A model generated the notes under the pieces. It saw only the letters and a program-made list of their open reading frames with translations, was not told where the DNA came from and did not search any database. This document shows, piece after piece, positions 31,211-43,379 of a stretch of DNA of 64,000 nucleotides. The position numbers were made by a program, and so were the translations under genes. Position 1 is the stretch's first letter. Every line of letters begins with the position of its first letter. The DNA lies in NCBI GenBank assembly GCA_044226625.1, contig JBGAGQ010000019.1, positions 31,678 to 95,677 of the forward strand, in the 5' to 3' direction. Source of the DNA: Thermoanaerobaculia bacterium (GTDB lineage Bacteria > Acidobacteriota > Thermoanaerobaculia > Multivoradales > UBA5704).

Positions 31211-31864
31211 ATGATCAAGATCAACCTGATCGCCGAGGGGAAGCGGCCGACCTCGGTACGCAAGATCAAGCCGGTTCTGGAGGGCAAGGACCTCGCCCAA
31301 TGGGCGCTCGGCGTTTCGATCCTCCTCTGCCTCATCGGCTTCGGCATCTGGTGGTGGCTCTTGAACCGTCAGATCGCGACCAAGGATGCCGAGATCGCCG
31401 AGGCCCAGCGGAAGGTCGAAGAGCTCGCGCCGGTGATCCGGCAAGTCGAGGATTTCAAGCGGAAGAAAGAGGAGATCGAGCGCAAGCTCGGCGTGATCGA
31501 CAGCCTGAAGAGCGCGCAGCGCGGGCCCGTCCACGTGATGGACGACATCTCGCGCGCGCTGCCCGAGCTGCTTTGGCTCGACCGGCTGCGGATGACCTCC
31601 TCCAACATCGAGCTCGAAGGGCACGCCTTCAACACCAACGCGGTGGCGAACTTCATCGAGAACCTCGACAAGATGCCGGCCTTCGAAGAGCCGACGCTCC
31701 GCTCGACCGAGGAACAGGCGGGCGGCGTCTACCACTTCGTCCTCGACTTCAACTACTCGTTCGCGCAGAAGCCGGCGGCCACGGCGGAGACCGCCCCCGC
31801 CGCCGGTGGTCCGGCGGCCGCTCCGCCCATTCCGCCCGCGCCGGCCGCGGCGCCCGCGAGCTAA
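31211..31864 (+). CDS. pilN: Type IV pilus assembly protein PilN
   Basis: MIKINLI motif, TM helix, coiled coil, ALPELLWL; operon order. Confidence 0.93.
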   Translation: MIKINLIAEGKRPTSVRKIKPVLEGKDLAQWALGVSILLCLIGFGIWWWLLNRQIATKDAEIAEAQRKVEELAPVIRQVEDFKRKKEEIERKLGVIDSLKSAQRGPVHVMDDISRALPELLWLDRLRMTSSNIELEGHAFNTNAVANFIENLDKMPAFEEPTLRSTEEQAGGVYHFVLDFNYSFAQKPAATAETAPAAGGPAAAPPIPPAPAAAPAS

Positions 31865-31874
31865 AGGAAGAACC

Positions 31875-32576
31875 GTGAAGACCGGACTCGAAGGCAAGCC
31901 CTGGTACTACGGCTTTGGCGTCGGCCTCCTGGTCGGCGCCGTCCTGCTGCTCGCCGGCTACTTCTTGAAGCTCGCGCCGATGAAGGAAGAGATCGAATCG
32001 AAGGCGTCGCAGCTCGCGGAGCTGCAGCGGAAGATCCAAGAGGGTCTGACCTTCCAGGCCGATCTGCCGCGCCTGCAGGAGGACGTCCGCAACCTCGAGC
32101 TGAAGCTCGACAAGTCGTTGCGCATCCTGCCGACCCGCCGCAACACGCCCGACCTCCTGCGCAAGATCCGTTCGCTCGCCGAAGCGGGCGATTTCGACCT
32201 CAAGCGCTTCACCCCGGGCGGGCTCTCGGACAAGGATTTCTACAGCGAATGGCCGATTGCGGTAGGCGTCGAAGGCGGATACCACAGCCTGGCGCTGTTC
32301 TTCGACAAGATCAGCAACTTCTCGCGGATCATCAACATTGAGAACCTGCAGATCGACGCGTTCAGCGCGCAGAAGAACCCGCACACGATCACCGCGAGCT
32401 TCACCGCCAAGACCTTCGTCTACAAGGAGACCCCGCCGGCACCCGATCCCGTTCCGGGCGCTCCCGCCGGGGGGCTCGCCAATCCGGCCGCGGCCGGCCC
32501 CGCCGACATCGGCGGCCCGCCGCCCGGAGGCCCACCCGGGCTCAGCGGCGGTAGCCGTGGAGGTAGCCCCGAATGA
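31875..32576 (+). CDS. pilO: Type IV pilus assembly protein PilO
   Basis: TM helix, coiled coil, ILPT...PDLL, FYSEWPI.V.VEGGYHSL..FF..I..FSRII; GTG start. Confidence 0.92.
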   Translation: MKTGLEGKPWYYGFGVGLLVGAVLLLAGYFLKLAPMKEEIESKASQLAELQRKIQEGLTFQADLPRLQEDVRNLELKLDKSLRILPTRRNTPDLLRKIRSLAEAGDFDLKRFTPGGLSDKDFYSEWPIAVGVEGGYHSLALFFDKISNFSRIINIENLQIDAFSAQKNPHTITASFTAKTFVYKETPPAPDPVPGAPAGGLANPAAAGPADIGGPPPGGPPGLSGGSRGGSPE

Positions 32577-33136
32577 AGCCGCGCGCGATTTTCGCCCTGC
32601 TGGCCCTGTCCGCGCTCCTGGCCGGCCTCGCCGCCTTCGCGCAGGCGGGAGCCCCGCCCGCGGCGCCGGCCTCTCCGGGAGCGGCGGGCGCACAGGACTC
32701 CGCCGATCCCGTGGGCGGCTCGGATTACACCGGCGAGGGAACGGACCTCGGCAACATCGAGCAGATCCTCGAGGGGGAGGAGGAGGTCCTCTCCGGCGGC
32801 GGCTACACCTACGATCCGGGCAATCGGCGCGATCCGTTCAAGTCGCTGCTGACCAAGCCGGATCGGGTGGAGCTGCGCGGCCCGCGGCCGGAAGGAGTCC
32901 CCGGCTTGTTGATCGACGAGGTCGATCTGACCGGCATCTTCAAGACCAAGAAGGGATTCGTGGCGCAGGTCAAAGCGGCAAACCAGAACAAGAGCTACCT
33001 GCTTCGCGAAGGCGACCAGCTCTATGACGGCGACGTCGTGACGATCCGCCGCAGCGAGGTGGTATTCAAACAGATCGTCCAGGATCCGACCGCGCTCAAG
33101 CCGTTCCGCGAGGTCGTCAAGACGCTGGGTCCCTGA
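32573..33136 (+). CDS. pilP: Type IV pilus assembly protein PilP
   Basis: Signal peptide; YDPGNRRDPFKSL and LTGIF...SYLLREGD motifs; located between pilO and pilQ. Confidence 0.85.
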   Translation: MKPRAIFALLALSALLAGLAAFAQAGAPPAAPASPGAAGAQDSADPVGGSDYTGEGTDLGNIEQILEGEEEVLSGGGYTYDPGNRRDPFKSLLTKPDRVELRGPRPEGVPGLLIDEVDLTGIFKTKKGFVAQVKAANQNKSYLLREGDQLYDGDVVTIRRSEVVFKQIVQDPTALKPFREVVKTLGP

Positions 33137-33197
33137 TGGGAAACCCGGCATCGAGGTCGAGATCGTGACGGAGGCGAGTGCCATGGGAGATGTACTG

Positions 33198-35765
33198 ATG
33201 AGAACGCTGGGTTGCAGGGGGCGACGCTTCGGCGTGCCGCTCGCGATCGGGGTCCTGGCCCTAGGCGTCGGGTGTACCTCCTCGAAGCCCGCTCGGGTGG
33301 TCGAGGCCGCTCCGGCCGATACCGCGCGTGCGGACTCGAGGCCGACCGCCGAGGTGCCGACGTCGGCTTCCGCGAGCGAGGTGCGCACGATGGACGTGCG
33401 GGAGGGCGCGCCCGAAACCTACCTGGAGCTCGAGGCGAGCGCGCCGCTGGTCTGGACCAGCTTCCGCAACGCCGACGGCCAGGTGGTGCTCGAGCTGCCC
33501 AACTCCAAGCCCGGTCCCGATCTCGCGGACCTCTCGCCTAGCGCGGGCCTGGTCTCCTCGGTGCGTATCGAGCGCGACAGCCAGGGCACGCGCCCGCTCA
33601 TGCGGTTGATCCTCCAGACCCGTCAGGAGGTCGAGCACTCGGTCGTCGCCGAGGGCAACGCCTTGCGCCTCAAGCTGATGCCGGTCGAAGCGCAGGTCGC
33701 GGCCGGCACGGAATCCGCTCCGGCTCCGGCCCAGAGCCTCGCGTACGAGCCGGTCGAGGAAGAGGCCCCGGCGACGGCGTCCGAACCCGCGCCGCGCGCG
33801 TCCGAGCCGGTCGAGAGCGCCGGCCTCGGCACGCCCGACGCCCCGGTGACCGCCCCCGAGCCCACCGGCGCGCCCGCCACGCATCTCGACGAGATCGTCG
33901 TCGCACCTGGCTCCGAGCGGGCCACGGTCCGGCTCGCGGGCGACGGTGAGTTCCCCTACACCACCTTCGTGCTCGACGCGCCGAAGCGGTTCGTGTTGGA
34001 TCTACCGGGGGTCACCAACCGGTCCAAGCGGTCCTCGATCCCGGTCGGCGGCCCGGTGGATCGCGTTCGGGTGGCGCAGTTCCGCGGCTCCCCGAATCCG
34101 GTCGCCCGCGTGGTGTTCGATCTGAACGGGGAAGACGCGCCGCGCATCCAGCGGCTGGGCAACACCCTGGTCGTGACCTTTGGCGAGGGCGCGGGCGGCG
34201 AGGCTCCGGTCCGGACCGCCTCGTTCGCACCTCCGCCGGCGCCGGAACCGACCGCGAGCTACGCGGAGCCCTCCACCGGAGGCAGCGGCGCCGAGGAAAC
34301 GGCGGCCGACGAGCCGGCGCCGCAACCCGCCCGCCGTCCGGCCGCGAGCTCAGCGGGCGCCGGGCCGAGCGATCTCGACCTCGCCGGACGCCCGACCGCG
34401 ACGACCTCGACGACGGCCAAGCCGGTCGTCGCCACGGTGCGCGCGACGCCCGCGCCCCGCCAGCCCGGCAGCGTCGAAGAAGCCGGCACCACGGGCCAGG
34501 CGAGCTCAGTATCCGACTGCATCGGCGGCGGCAGCGACGAGCATCACTACGTCGGCGATCCGATCGACCTCAAGGTCACCAACGCCGACGTCACCGACGT
34601 CCTGCGCACGTTCGCGCAGATCAGCGGATTGAACATCGTGGTCCAGCCGGGGATCGGCGGGCAGGTGACGGCCGAGCTGGAGAACGTGCCCTGGGATCAG
34701 GCTCTCGCCCAGGTGCTCAAAATCAACAACCTCGGCTGCGAGCTCGAGGGCAACGTGATGCGCATCGCGCCGACCGCGGTCCTGCGGAAAGAGGCGAGCG
34801 AGCGGCAGGAGCTTGCCACCGCCCGCGCTCTGTCGGTGCCGCTCCGCACGGTGCTCAAGCGGCTTTCCTACGCCACGGCGCAGAATGTCGCGTCGGTGCT
34901 CCGATCGGGATCCTCGGGCATCCTCTCGCAGCGCGGCTCGGTGCTCGTCGACGACCGGACCAACACGCTGATCATCAAGGAGCTGCCGAGCTATCTCGAC
35001 ACCGTGATCGCGGTGATCGAGAACCTCGACACCCCCGAGCCGCAGGTGATGATCGAGGCCCGGATCATCGAGACGACGAAGAACTACATGCGTTCCCTCG
35101 GAATCGACTGGGGGATCAACGCGGTCGCCGACGCCGCCCACGGCAACACGACCGGGCTGGTCTTCCCTAACAACGTCCGCGGCAGCGGCGACGTGAACCT
35201 GGCGACCGGAGGCAACAACGGCTCGATCGGCCTCCGCTTGGGCAACGTGCTCAACACGTTTACCCTCGACTTGTCGCTCCAGGCGGCGGAGAGCGACGGT
35301 CTGATCAACATCCTGTCGGCGCCCAAGGTCGCGACGCTCAACAACCAGCGCGCCACGATCCAGAGCGGCGTCCAGATTCCGATCCAGACCATCGCCAACA
35401 ACACGGTCACCGTGCAGTTCGTCAACGCCACGTTGCGCCTCGACGTGGTGCCGCAGATCACCGCCGAAGGCACGGTTCTCATGCAGATCGACATCTCCAA
35501 GCGCGAACCGCAGGTCGCCCTGCTGGTTCCCGGCTCGTCGAACGCGCCGATCTCGACCAAGGACGCGAGCACCCGGGTCATCGTGCGCGATGGCGGCACC
35601 GCGGTGATCGGCGGGATCTACAAGATCTCCAACAACGACGGCAACGCCCGGGTTCCGGGCCTCGCCAACATCCCGCTTCTCGGCTACCTTTTCCGAAACA
35701 AGACGGTGAGCAACACGAACGAAGAGTTGCTCATCTTCATCACGCCGCGGATCATCAAGCTCTAA
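33198..35765 (+). CDS. pilQ: Type IV pilus secretin PilQ with AMIN domains (start may be 33165/33183)
   Basis: Lipobox-like LGVGC; AMIN domains (PKRFVLDL, RVRVAQF, RVVFDL); NVPWDQAL, DDRTNTLII, QVMIEARIIE, VPGLANIPLLGYLF, ELLIFITPRII. Confidence 0.96.
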   Translation: MRTLGCRGRRFGVPLAIGVLALGVGCTSSKPARVVEAAPADTARADSRPTAEVPTSASASEVRTMDVREGAPETYLELEASAPLVWTSFRNADGQVVLELPNSKPGPDLADLSPSAGLVSSVRIERDSQGTRPLMRLILQTRQEVEHSVVAEGNALRLKLMPVEAQVAAGTESAPAPAQSLAYEPVEEEAPATASEPAPRASEPVESAGLGTPDAPVTAPEPTGAPATHLDEIVVAPGSERATVRLAGDGEFPYTTFVLDAPKRFVLDLPGVTNRSKRSSIPVGGPVDRVRVAQFRGSPNPVARVVFDLNGEDAPRIQRLGNTLVVTFGEGAGGEAPVRTASFAPPPAPEPTASYAEPSTGGSGAEETAADEPAPQPARRPAASSAGAGPSDLDLAGRPTATTSTTAKPVVATVRATPAPRQPGSVEEAGTTGQASSVSDCIGGGSDEHHYVGDPIDLKVTNADVTDVLRTFAQISGLNIVVQPGIGGQVTAELENVPWDQALAQVLKINNLGCELEGNVMRIAPTAVLRKEASERQELATARALSVPLRTVLKRLSYATAQNVASVLRSGSSGILSQRGSVLVDDRTNTLIIKELPSYLDTVIAVIENLDTPEPQVMIEARIIETTKNYMRSLGIDWGINAVADAAHGNTTGLVFPNNVRGSGDVNLATGGNNGSIGLRLGNVLNTFTLDLSLQAAESDGLINILSAPKVATLNNQRATIQSGVQIPIQTIANNTVTVQFVNATLRLDVVPQITAEGTVLMQIDISKREPQVALLVPGSSNAPISTKDASTRVIVRDGGTAVIGGIYKISNNDGNARVPGLANIPLLGYLFRNKTVSNTNEELLIFITPRIIKL

Positions 35766-35788
35766 GGACTTAGGCTGGAGCGCGCACC

Positions 35789-36328
35789 ATGAACAGCAAG
35801 CTTCGACTCGCCGCCGCCCTTCCCCTCCTGGTCCTCGCCGGGATGTCTTGCAACGCGCGCACGGAACGGACGGAGGGTACCGTGCTCCTGACCGTCAGCA
35901 CGTTCGATCAGCTGCCGGCCTCGGTCTCGGTGTCCAACGGTCCGACCCAGCTGGGAACCGTGACGCTCCGCAGCGTGGCTAAAGACCCCACCGGAACGAC
36001 CAGCAGCCTCCAGGACATCCAGATCCGCTCGTACGAGGTTCGTTACGCCCGGCGCGACACCGGCACGCGGCTGCCTCAGCCCTTGGTCGAGTCGCTGTTC
36101 GGCAACGTCTCGGTCAACAGTACGGCCGCTTTCAACAACCTCGTCTTCCTGCGGACGGCGCAGCTCACCTCGCCGCCGCTCTCGGACCTGTCGAATTTCG
36201 GGACCGACCAGCAGACCGGCAGCCGGGTGATCCCCCTGCGGGTCACGATGCGGTTCTTCGGCCGTACACTTTCGGGGACCGACATCGTTTCCGATGCGGT
36301 TTCGTTCGACGTCGAAGTCGTCCCCTGA
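35789..36328 (+). CDS. Lipoprotein, beta-sandwich-like
   Basis: Lipobox-like LAGMSC; S/T/V-rich; 23 nt after the pilQ stop. Confidence 0.75.
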   Translation: MNSKLRLAAALPLLVLAGMSCNARTERTEGTVLLTVSTFDQLPASVSVSNGPTQLGTVTLRSVAKDPTGTTSSLQDIQIRSYEVRYARRDTGTRLPQPLVESLFGNVSVNSTAAFNNLVFLRTAQLTSPPLSDLSNFGTDQQTGSRVIPLRVTMRFFGRTLSGTDIVSDAVSFDVEVVP

Positions 36329-36344
36329 CGTAGGAGCTCAGACA

Positions 36345-38279
36345 ATGAACCCGCTGCGCAAGTCCACGTTCGCATTGCTGCCGGCCGCGCTGCTCGCGCT
36401 CGCCGCCTGCACTTCGAATTCTCCGTCCGAGCCCAAAGTCGACCCCGTGCCGCCGGTGCCGCCGGCGACCCAGATCACCTACAACATTACGGTCACGGCG
36501 AGCCCGTCGACCCTCGCGATCGGCAGCGGGCAGTCCAGCAACATCACCGTGCGCGCGGTGCGCGCCGATACGGGGCTGCCGCCGGCGAACCTGACGCCGA
36601 TCACCGTGGCCACCTCTCTCGGCACCTTCGGCTCGGCGGGCGGAGATGCGCAGGTCACGCTGCAGCTCACCAACGGCCAGGCCCAGACGGTGCTGTTCCC
36701 GGGCACGAGCTCCGGAGTGGCGACGGTGCGGGCTACGCTCGACCAGAGCCAAGGGTTCGCCAACGTGCAGATCGGCGCTGGCGCGACCTTCTTCATCTCC
36801 TTCGTCCAGCCCGCGGTCATCGATCCGCAAGGGGGTGAGACCGCGACCATCCTGGGCGGCGGGTTCGAATCGCCGGTTCGCGTGACCATCGGCTCGGCGA
36901 ACGTCCAGGTCGTCTCGGTGGCGCCGGACCGCATCCGGATCGTCACGCCCTCAGCGGTCCAGGCGGGCGTCCCGGTGTCGACCGGCCAGGCCGTGCCGGT
37001 GACGGTCGGCGTGACGATCAACGTCAACGAGCCCGAGCAGAAATCCGACTCGCTCGCGGCAGGCGTCACCTACGCCACCGGCGGCGGCGGCATCCAGCCG
37101 GTGATCACGTCGGTCACCCCGTCGTCGGGCAGCAACGACGGCGGCACCCGGATCACGATCAACGGATCGGGATTCCAGCCGCCGGTGCAGGTCTTCTTCG
37201 AAGGTGGCAGCCCGCGCATCTCGGTCGAGGCTCCGGTGGAGTCCTCCTCCGCGACGCGACTGATCGTGCTGTCTCCGGCCGCCCGCGGCTTCGGACAAGG
37301 ACTGCAGAACCAGAGCGTCGACATTCGCGTCAAGAACATCAACAGCGGCTTCGAGGGGACCACCTCGGGGGGATTCCGCTACGGATCGAACGTGCTGATC
37401 ACGGCGGTCGGGCCGAACGAGGTCGTCTACAACGTTCCGACCCAGGTGATCATCCAGGGCCAGGGCTTCGACGAGCCGCTGACCGTGGGCTTGGGCGGCT
37501 TCGCGGCGTCCGTCCAGTCGGTGACCGGCACGAGGATCGTCGCCCGTTCGCCGATCGTCTCGATCACGAACTGCACCGCGGTCGCTGGAACTCCGATGGC
37601 GCAGGTAACCAACATCGAGACGGGGGACACCGCCTCCTTCGCCGGCACCTTCCGCTATCGGCCGATCGATCCGGTCATCACCGGGGTGTCGCCGTCGAGC
37701 GGTGCGCAGGGCGGCAACACGCAGGTCACGCTGACCAGCGCCGTCTCCACGTTCACCGGCTTCGAATCGCCGGTGCGGGTGCTGTTCGGCGATCAACCGG
37801 CCTCCGTGGTGAGCGTCTCGCCGGGCTCGCTCGTGGTTCGGACTCCCGCCTTCACCGGCACCTTCCGGCAGGAGACCTGCACCTCGGGTTCCCTCACCGG
37901 AATGCGCAACGCGCCGACTCCGGTCACGGTGACGGTGACCAACCTGACCACCGGTTGCGACGACTCGATCACCAATACCTTCTCTTACGTGCCGTCCGAC
38001 ACGACCTGCCGCGTGACGCCTCCCGCCCCTCCGGTGGCGGACTTCACCTTCAGCAGCAACGGTCTGCAGACGATCTTTGCCGATTCGTCGAGCGGCACGC
38101 CGACCTCGTGGCTCTGGAACTTCGGTGATCCGGGCTCCGGCGCGAACAACACGAGCGGTCAGCAGAACCCGGTGCACACGTTCAGCGCAGCCGGGACCTA
38201 CACGGTGTCGCTCACCGTCTCCAACGCCGGTGGGACTTCGACGAAGTCCCAGTTCGTAACGGTTCCGCCGCCTCCATAG
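36345..38279 (+). CDS. Lipoprotein with Ig-like, IPT/TIG repeats and a C-terminal PKD domain
   Basis: Lipobox LAAC; PVITSVTPSSG..GGT.ITI.G.GF TIG motifs; PVADF...SWLWNFGD...NPVHTF..AGTYTVSLTVSN PKD motif; RBS AGGAG. Confidence 0.88.
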   Translation: MNPLRKSTFALLPAALLALAACTSNSPSEPKVDPVPPVPPATQITYNITVTASPSTLAIGSGQSSNITVRAVRADTGLPPANLTPITVATSLGTFGSAGGDAQVTLQLTNGQAQTVLFPGTSSGVATVRATLDQSQGFANVQIGAGATFFISFVQPAVIDPQGGETATILGGGFESPVRVTIGSANVQVVSVAPDRIRIVTPSAVQAGVPVSTGQAVPVTVGVTINVNEPEQKSDSLAAGVTYATGGGGIQPVITSVTPSSGSNDGGTRITINGSGFQPPVQVFFEGGSPRISVEAPVESSSATRLIVLSPAARGFGQGLQNQSVDIRVKNINSGFEGTTSGGFRYGSNVLITAVGPNEVVYNVPTQVIIQGQGFDEPLTVGLGGFAASVQSVTGTRIVARSPIVSITNCTAVAGTPMAQVTNIETGDTASFAGTFRYRPIDPVITGVSPSSGAQGGNTQVTLTSAVSTFTGFESPVRVLFGDQPASVVSVSPGSLVVRTPAFTGTFRQETCTSGSLTGMRNAPTPVTVTVTNLTTGCDDSITNTFSYVPSDTTCRVTPPAPPVADFTFSSNGLQTIFADSSSGTPTSWLWNFGDPGSGANNTSGQQNPVHTFSAAGTYTVSLTVSNAGGTSTKSQFVTVPPPP

Positions 38280-38363
38280 CGAGCGGTTGGGCCTTTCAGA
38301 ACCTCGCATCTTCGGGGCGGTCGCCTGGACGGGCGGCCGCCCCGGTTCGTATACTGGAGCGCT

Positions 38364-39428
38364 ATGAAGAGCCGTTCCCCTCTCTCCCTGCTCGCACTTC
38401 TCGCCTTGGTCGCGGTGGTGATCGGCATCGCCTGCGGTAAGGCGAGCCCCGTCGCGCCGAGCGGCACCTTCCTCTCGGTCAGCGCGTCGCCCACCCGCAT
38501 CGGGGTCAACGGCACCGCGACGATCTCCATCCTCGGCCGCACGGCGACCGGGACGCCGCTGCGTAGCGGAACCGAGCTCCGGCTGGCGACCAGCCTCGGC
38601 TCGATCGACCCGGTGGTGACCACGAACAGCAACGGCGAAGCGACCGCGACGCTGCACGCGGACGGGCGTCAGGGCACCGCGACGGTCGAAGTGACGACCG
38701 GCGTCGCCGACACCCCGCCGATGACCAGCACCTCCGAGCCGGTGGGCAACGCTTCCGGCACCGGAAGCGCTACCGTCACCGTGCAGATCGGCGAGTCGAC
38801 GTCGACCCAGCCGACGCTGCTCGTCTCGGTCAACCCGAGCAACATTCCGGTCTCGGCGCCGGGCGCCACTTCGACCTCGACGGTGACTGTGATCGCACGG
38901 AACGTGGACAACACCCCGGTCGCCGCCGGCCAGACGGTCGTGCTGGTGAGCACTCTGGGCACGTTCACCAACTCGCGCCCGCAGACCGACGCCAACGGGA
39001 TCGCGACCACCAAGATCAACGCCGGCAACCAAGCTGGCGAGGCGACGATCACGGCGATCCTCGGATCGAGCGCGCCGGCGACGACCACGCTCACCATCCG
39101 GGATACCCCGACCGCGATCAGCCTGACCGCCCAGCCCCGTCAGATCCCGCGCGCGGACGGGACGATTAACCTCGTCGCCAACGTGATCAACTCGCAGGGC
39201 CAGCCGGTCTCCGGCGTCCAGGTCGTCTTCATCCCCAGCCAGGGGGTGGGCAGTTTCGATCCGTCGGACCGCGACTTCACCGACTCGACAGGCGCCGCAA
39301 CCACGGCTTTGAAAGTCTTACAAGGCCAGCTCCCCCCCTCGGGCGGCAGTTTCACGATCACCGCTCAGGTGGCGGCCGGAAACGGCCAGTTCATCACCTC
39401 GACGCCGGTCGTGATCACGATCCAGTAG
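38364..39428 (+). CDS. Lipoprotein with invasin/Big_1-like Ig repeats
   Basis: Lipobox GIAC; repeated TNSNGEATATL / TDANGIATTKI / TDSTGAATTAL motifs. Confidence 0.82.
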   Translation: MKSRSPLSLLALLALVAVVIGIACGKASPVAPSGTFLSVSASPTRIGVNGTATISILGRTATGTPLRSGTELRLATSLGSIDPVVTTNSNGEATATLHADGRQGTATVEVTTGVADTPPMTSTSEPVGNASGTGSATVTVQIGESTSTQPTLLVSVNPSNIPVSAPGATSTSTVTVIARNVDNTPVAAGQTVVLVSTLGTFTNSRPQTDANGIATTKINAGNQAGEATITAILGSSAPATTTLTIRDTPTAISLTAQPRQIPRADGTINLVANVINSQGQPVSGVQVVFIPSQGVGSFDPSDRDFTDSTGAATTALKVLQGQLPPSGGSFTITAQVAAGNGQFITSTPVVITIQ

Positions 39429-39436
39429 CCCTCTTT

Positions 39437-39465
39437 CGGCCGGTGGCGAACCCCGCCACCGGCCG
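39437..39465. terminator. Strong GC hairpin after the pil-lipoprotein operon
   Basis: CGGCCGGTGGCG (39437-39448) and CGCCACCGGCCG (39454-39465) form a 12-bp perfect stem with a 5-nt loop; no clear U-tract. Confidence 0.4.
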
Positions 39466-39607
39466 GTTCCGAGAGGTTGGGTCGGCCGGCGCGCCGCGAA
39501 CGGCAAACCTGCTATGATTCATGTGTTTAGATCCATTTTGAGCTGGCGTCCGCGCGCCGCGAGTGCCTCGCTCCGCCCTTCGACCCGAAACGAATGACGC
39601 CCAGCCG

Positions 39608-41104
39608 ATGACCGACCAGCCGTTTCCCGATCGTGTGACCCAGTTGCGCCGACGATGGGAAGCGGACAAGACCTCTCGCCTCTTCCTGCAGCTGGCCGAG
39701 GAGTACCGCCAGCTGGGCCGTCTGCGCGAGTCGCTCGACGTGCTCGACGAAGGCCTGCGCGAGCACCCCGGCTATCTCTCGGCACTCGTCGCCAAGGGCC
39801 GCTGTCATTTGGAGCTCGACGAGCCCCAGGCGGCCCGCGAGGTCCTGGAGCGGGTCGTTCGTCAAGACGCCACCCAGGCCGTGGCGAGCAAGCTGCTCGT
39901 CCGCGCCTATATCGGCCTGGGCGAGCTGTCCCGCGCGCGAGAGCGCCTCTCCCTTTATGCTTTGCTGCATGAGAGCGATCCCGACGTCGCGGAGCTCCGA
40001 CGCCGTCTCGAGGCACCCGAGCCCGCTCCTCCGCCCGTCGTGGCCGTCGCGCGGGGAGGAACCCACGATCAACCTGCCGCCGAACCGACCGGCGCACCTC
40101 TTGCAGACCCGGTCCGGAGCGACACGATGAGCGAAGACATCTTCGATCTGGGGCCCGTCTCTCGAAAGCCGGCTCCGATTCCGCCGGCCGACGACCTGCT
40201 CGGGCTCTATGACGGCCTGGAGGCGGGCTCGCGTTCCGCCGGCGTCGAAGTCGCCTCCTCGGGCGAGATCTTCGGCGGCCTCGGCGGGCCTGAGAACCGC
40301 CGCCGCTGGGCAGACGCGCTCGCCCGCGGCGGAATCTTCGATCTCGCAGACCTGGGCGTTGGCCGGCCGGTGTCCTCGTCGGTCGCTTCGCGTCCGGAGG
40401 TCGTGCAGCCGACGGCTCCCATTCCGGTCCCGGCGTCATTCGAGCCGCCGGTCTTCCAGCCCGAGCTTACGGCGCCTGCGCTCGGCTTCGAGCCAGCTCC
40501 GTTCGAACCGCCGCGATTCGAGCTGTCACCCGCCGAGGAGCGTGCCGAGCCTGTCGCGCCCACCGTACCTGACACCGAGCCCATCGGGGAAACCGCCGGG
40601 GAGCTCGAGACCGAGACCGTCACCCTCGCCGCGCTCTATCTCCGGCAAGGTCATCGCGACGAGGCGCTGCGGATCCTCGGCCAGGTGCTCCGCCGCGAGC
40701 CCGGCAACGCCGCGGCTCATGAGCTCGCGGCCCGCATCCGGCAGTTGCCCGAGCAGGCTCCGGCGGTCGAGACCACGGCTCCGCTCGATTCCCCTTCCGC
40801 GGAAGAATGGGAGCCCGAGCCCGAGCTCTCCGACCTCGCGACGCGCCTCGCGCCGATCCAGGCTCCCGCCCTCGGTTTGGGCGAGGCGCTCGCCGAAGAG
40901 GCTATCGAGGCCCCGGAGGCCTTCGAGATCGCCGAGATCGAGCCGATGGTCATTCCGGAGCTGCCCGAAGCCGTCGAGGCCTCCGCGCCAACCGCCTCCG
41001 CGCCGGTCGCGTCGGCCCCCGCCTCGAAAGCGCGAGGCAAGATCCAACTGCTTTCCGCCTATCTAGAGCGGCTGCGCCGCGGGAGCGTCCCCGGTGTTTC
41101 TTGA
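39608..41104 (+). CDS. TPR-repeat protein with long Pro/Glu-rich linker
   Basis: SRLFLQLAEEYR...GLREHPGY.SA.V..GRC N-terminal TPRs; T.TLAALYLRQGH.DEAL.I C-terminal TPR. Confidence 0.8.
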   Translation: MTDQPFPDRVTQLRRRWEADKTSRLFLQLAEEYRQLGRLRESLDVLDEGLREHPGYLSALVAKGRCHLELDEPQAAREVLERVVRQDATQAVASKLLVRAYIGLGELSRARERLSLYALLHESDPDVAELRRRLEAPEPAPPPVVAVARGGTHDQPAAEPTGAPLADPVRSDTMSEDIFDLGPVSRKPAPIPPADDLLGLYDGLEAGSRSAGVEVASSGEIFGGLGGPENRRRWADALARGGIFDLADLGVGRPVSSSVASRPEVVQPTAPIPVPASFEPPVFQPELTAPALGFEPAPFEPPRFELSPAEERAEPVAPTVPDTEPIGETAGELETETVTLAALYLRQGHRDEALRILGQVLRREPGNAAAHELAARIRQLPEQAPAVETTAPLDSPSAEEWEPEPELSDLATRLAPIQAPALGLGEALAEEAIEAPEAFEIAEIEPMVIPELPEAVEASAPTASAPVASAPASKARGKIQLLSAYLERLRRGSVPGVS

Positions 41105-41450
41105 GGTCCTCTCCCGTATCGCGAATCGGATCGAAGGGGCGGTTGCGCTCTCCCTGGTCGCCGCCGACGGCATCGCCGTCGAATCGGTCTCGAACGACCC
41201 CGAGCTCGATCTCGAGGTGCTCTCCGCCGAGCTGATCGCCCAGGCGCGGTCGATCGGCGAGAATCACCGCGAGATCGCGATGGGCGAGATGCAGCAGGTT
41301 TCGGTGACCACCGACCTCGGCACCATCATGGTAAGTTCCCTGACGAAGGACTACTATCTCCTCCTGGTGCTGGGCAACGAAGGGAGCTACGGTCGCGCGC
41401 GTTTCGAGATGCGCCGCGCGTGCCTGCTCCTCGAGCCCGAGCTCGTCTGA
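41094..41450 (+). CDS. Roadblock/LC7 protein, MglC-like
   Basis: MFLEVL..I...IEGA.A.SLVAADGIAVE...YYLLLVL...GSYGRARF: a second MglB-family protein, between the pil cluster and accB. Confidence 0.8.
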   Translation: MFLEVLSRIANRIEGAVALSLVAADGIAVESVSNDPELDLEVLSAELIAQARSIGENHREIAMGEMQQVSVTTDLGTIMVSSLTKDYYLLLVLGNEGSYGRARFEMRRACLLLEPELV

Positions 41451-41488
41451 CGGCGGGAGCGCCACATTCACTCGAGGAAGAACGCGCC

Positions 41489-41995
<507 letters not shown>

Positions 41996-42014
41996 AGCCC
42001 GCGCCGGCCGCACG

Positions 42015-43375
<1,361 letters not shown>

Positions 43376-43379
<4 letters not shown>

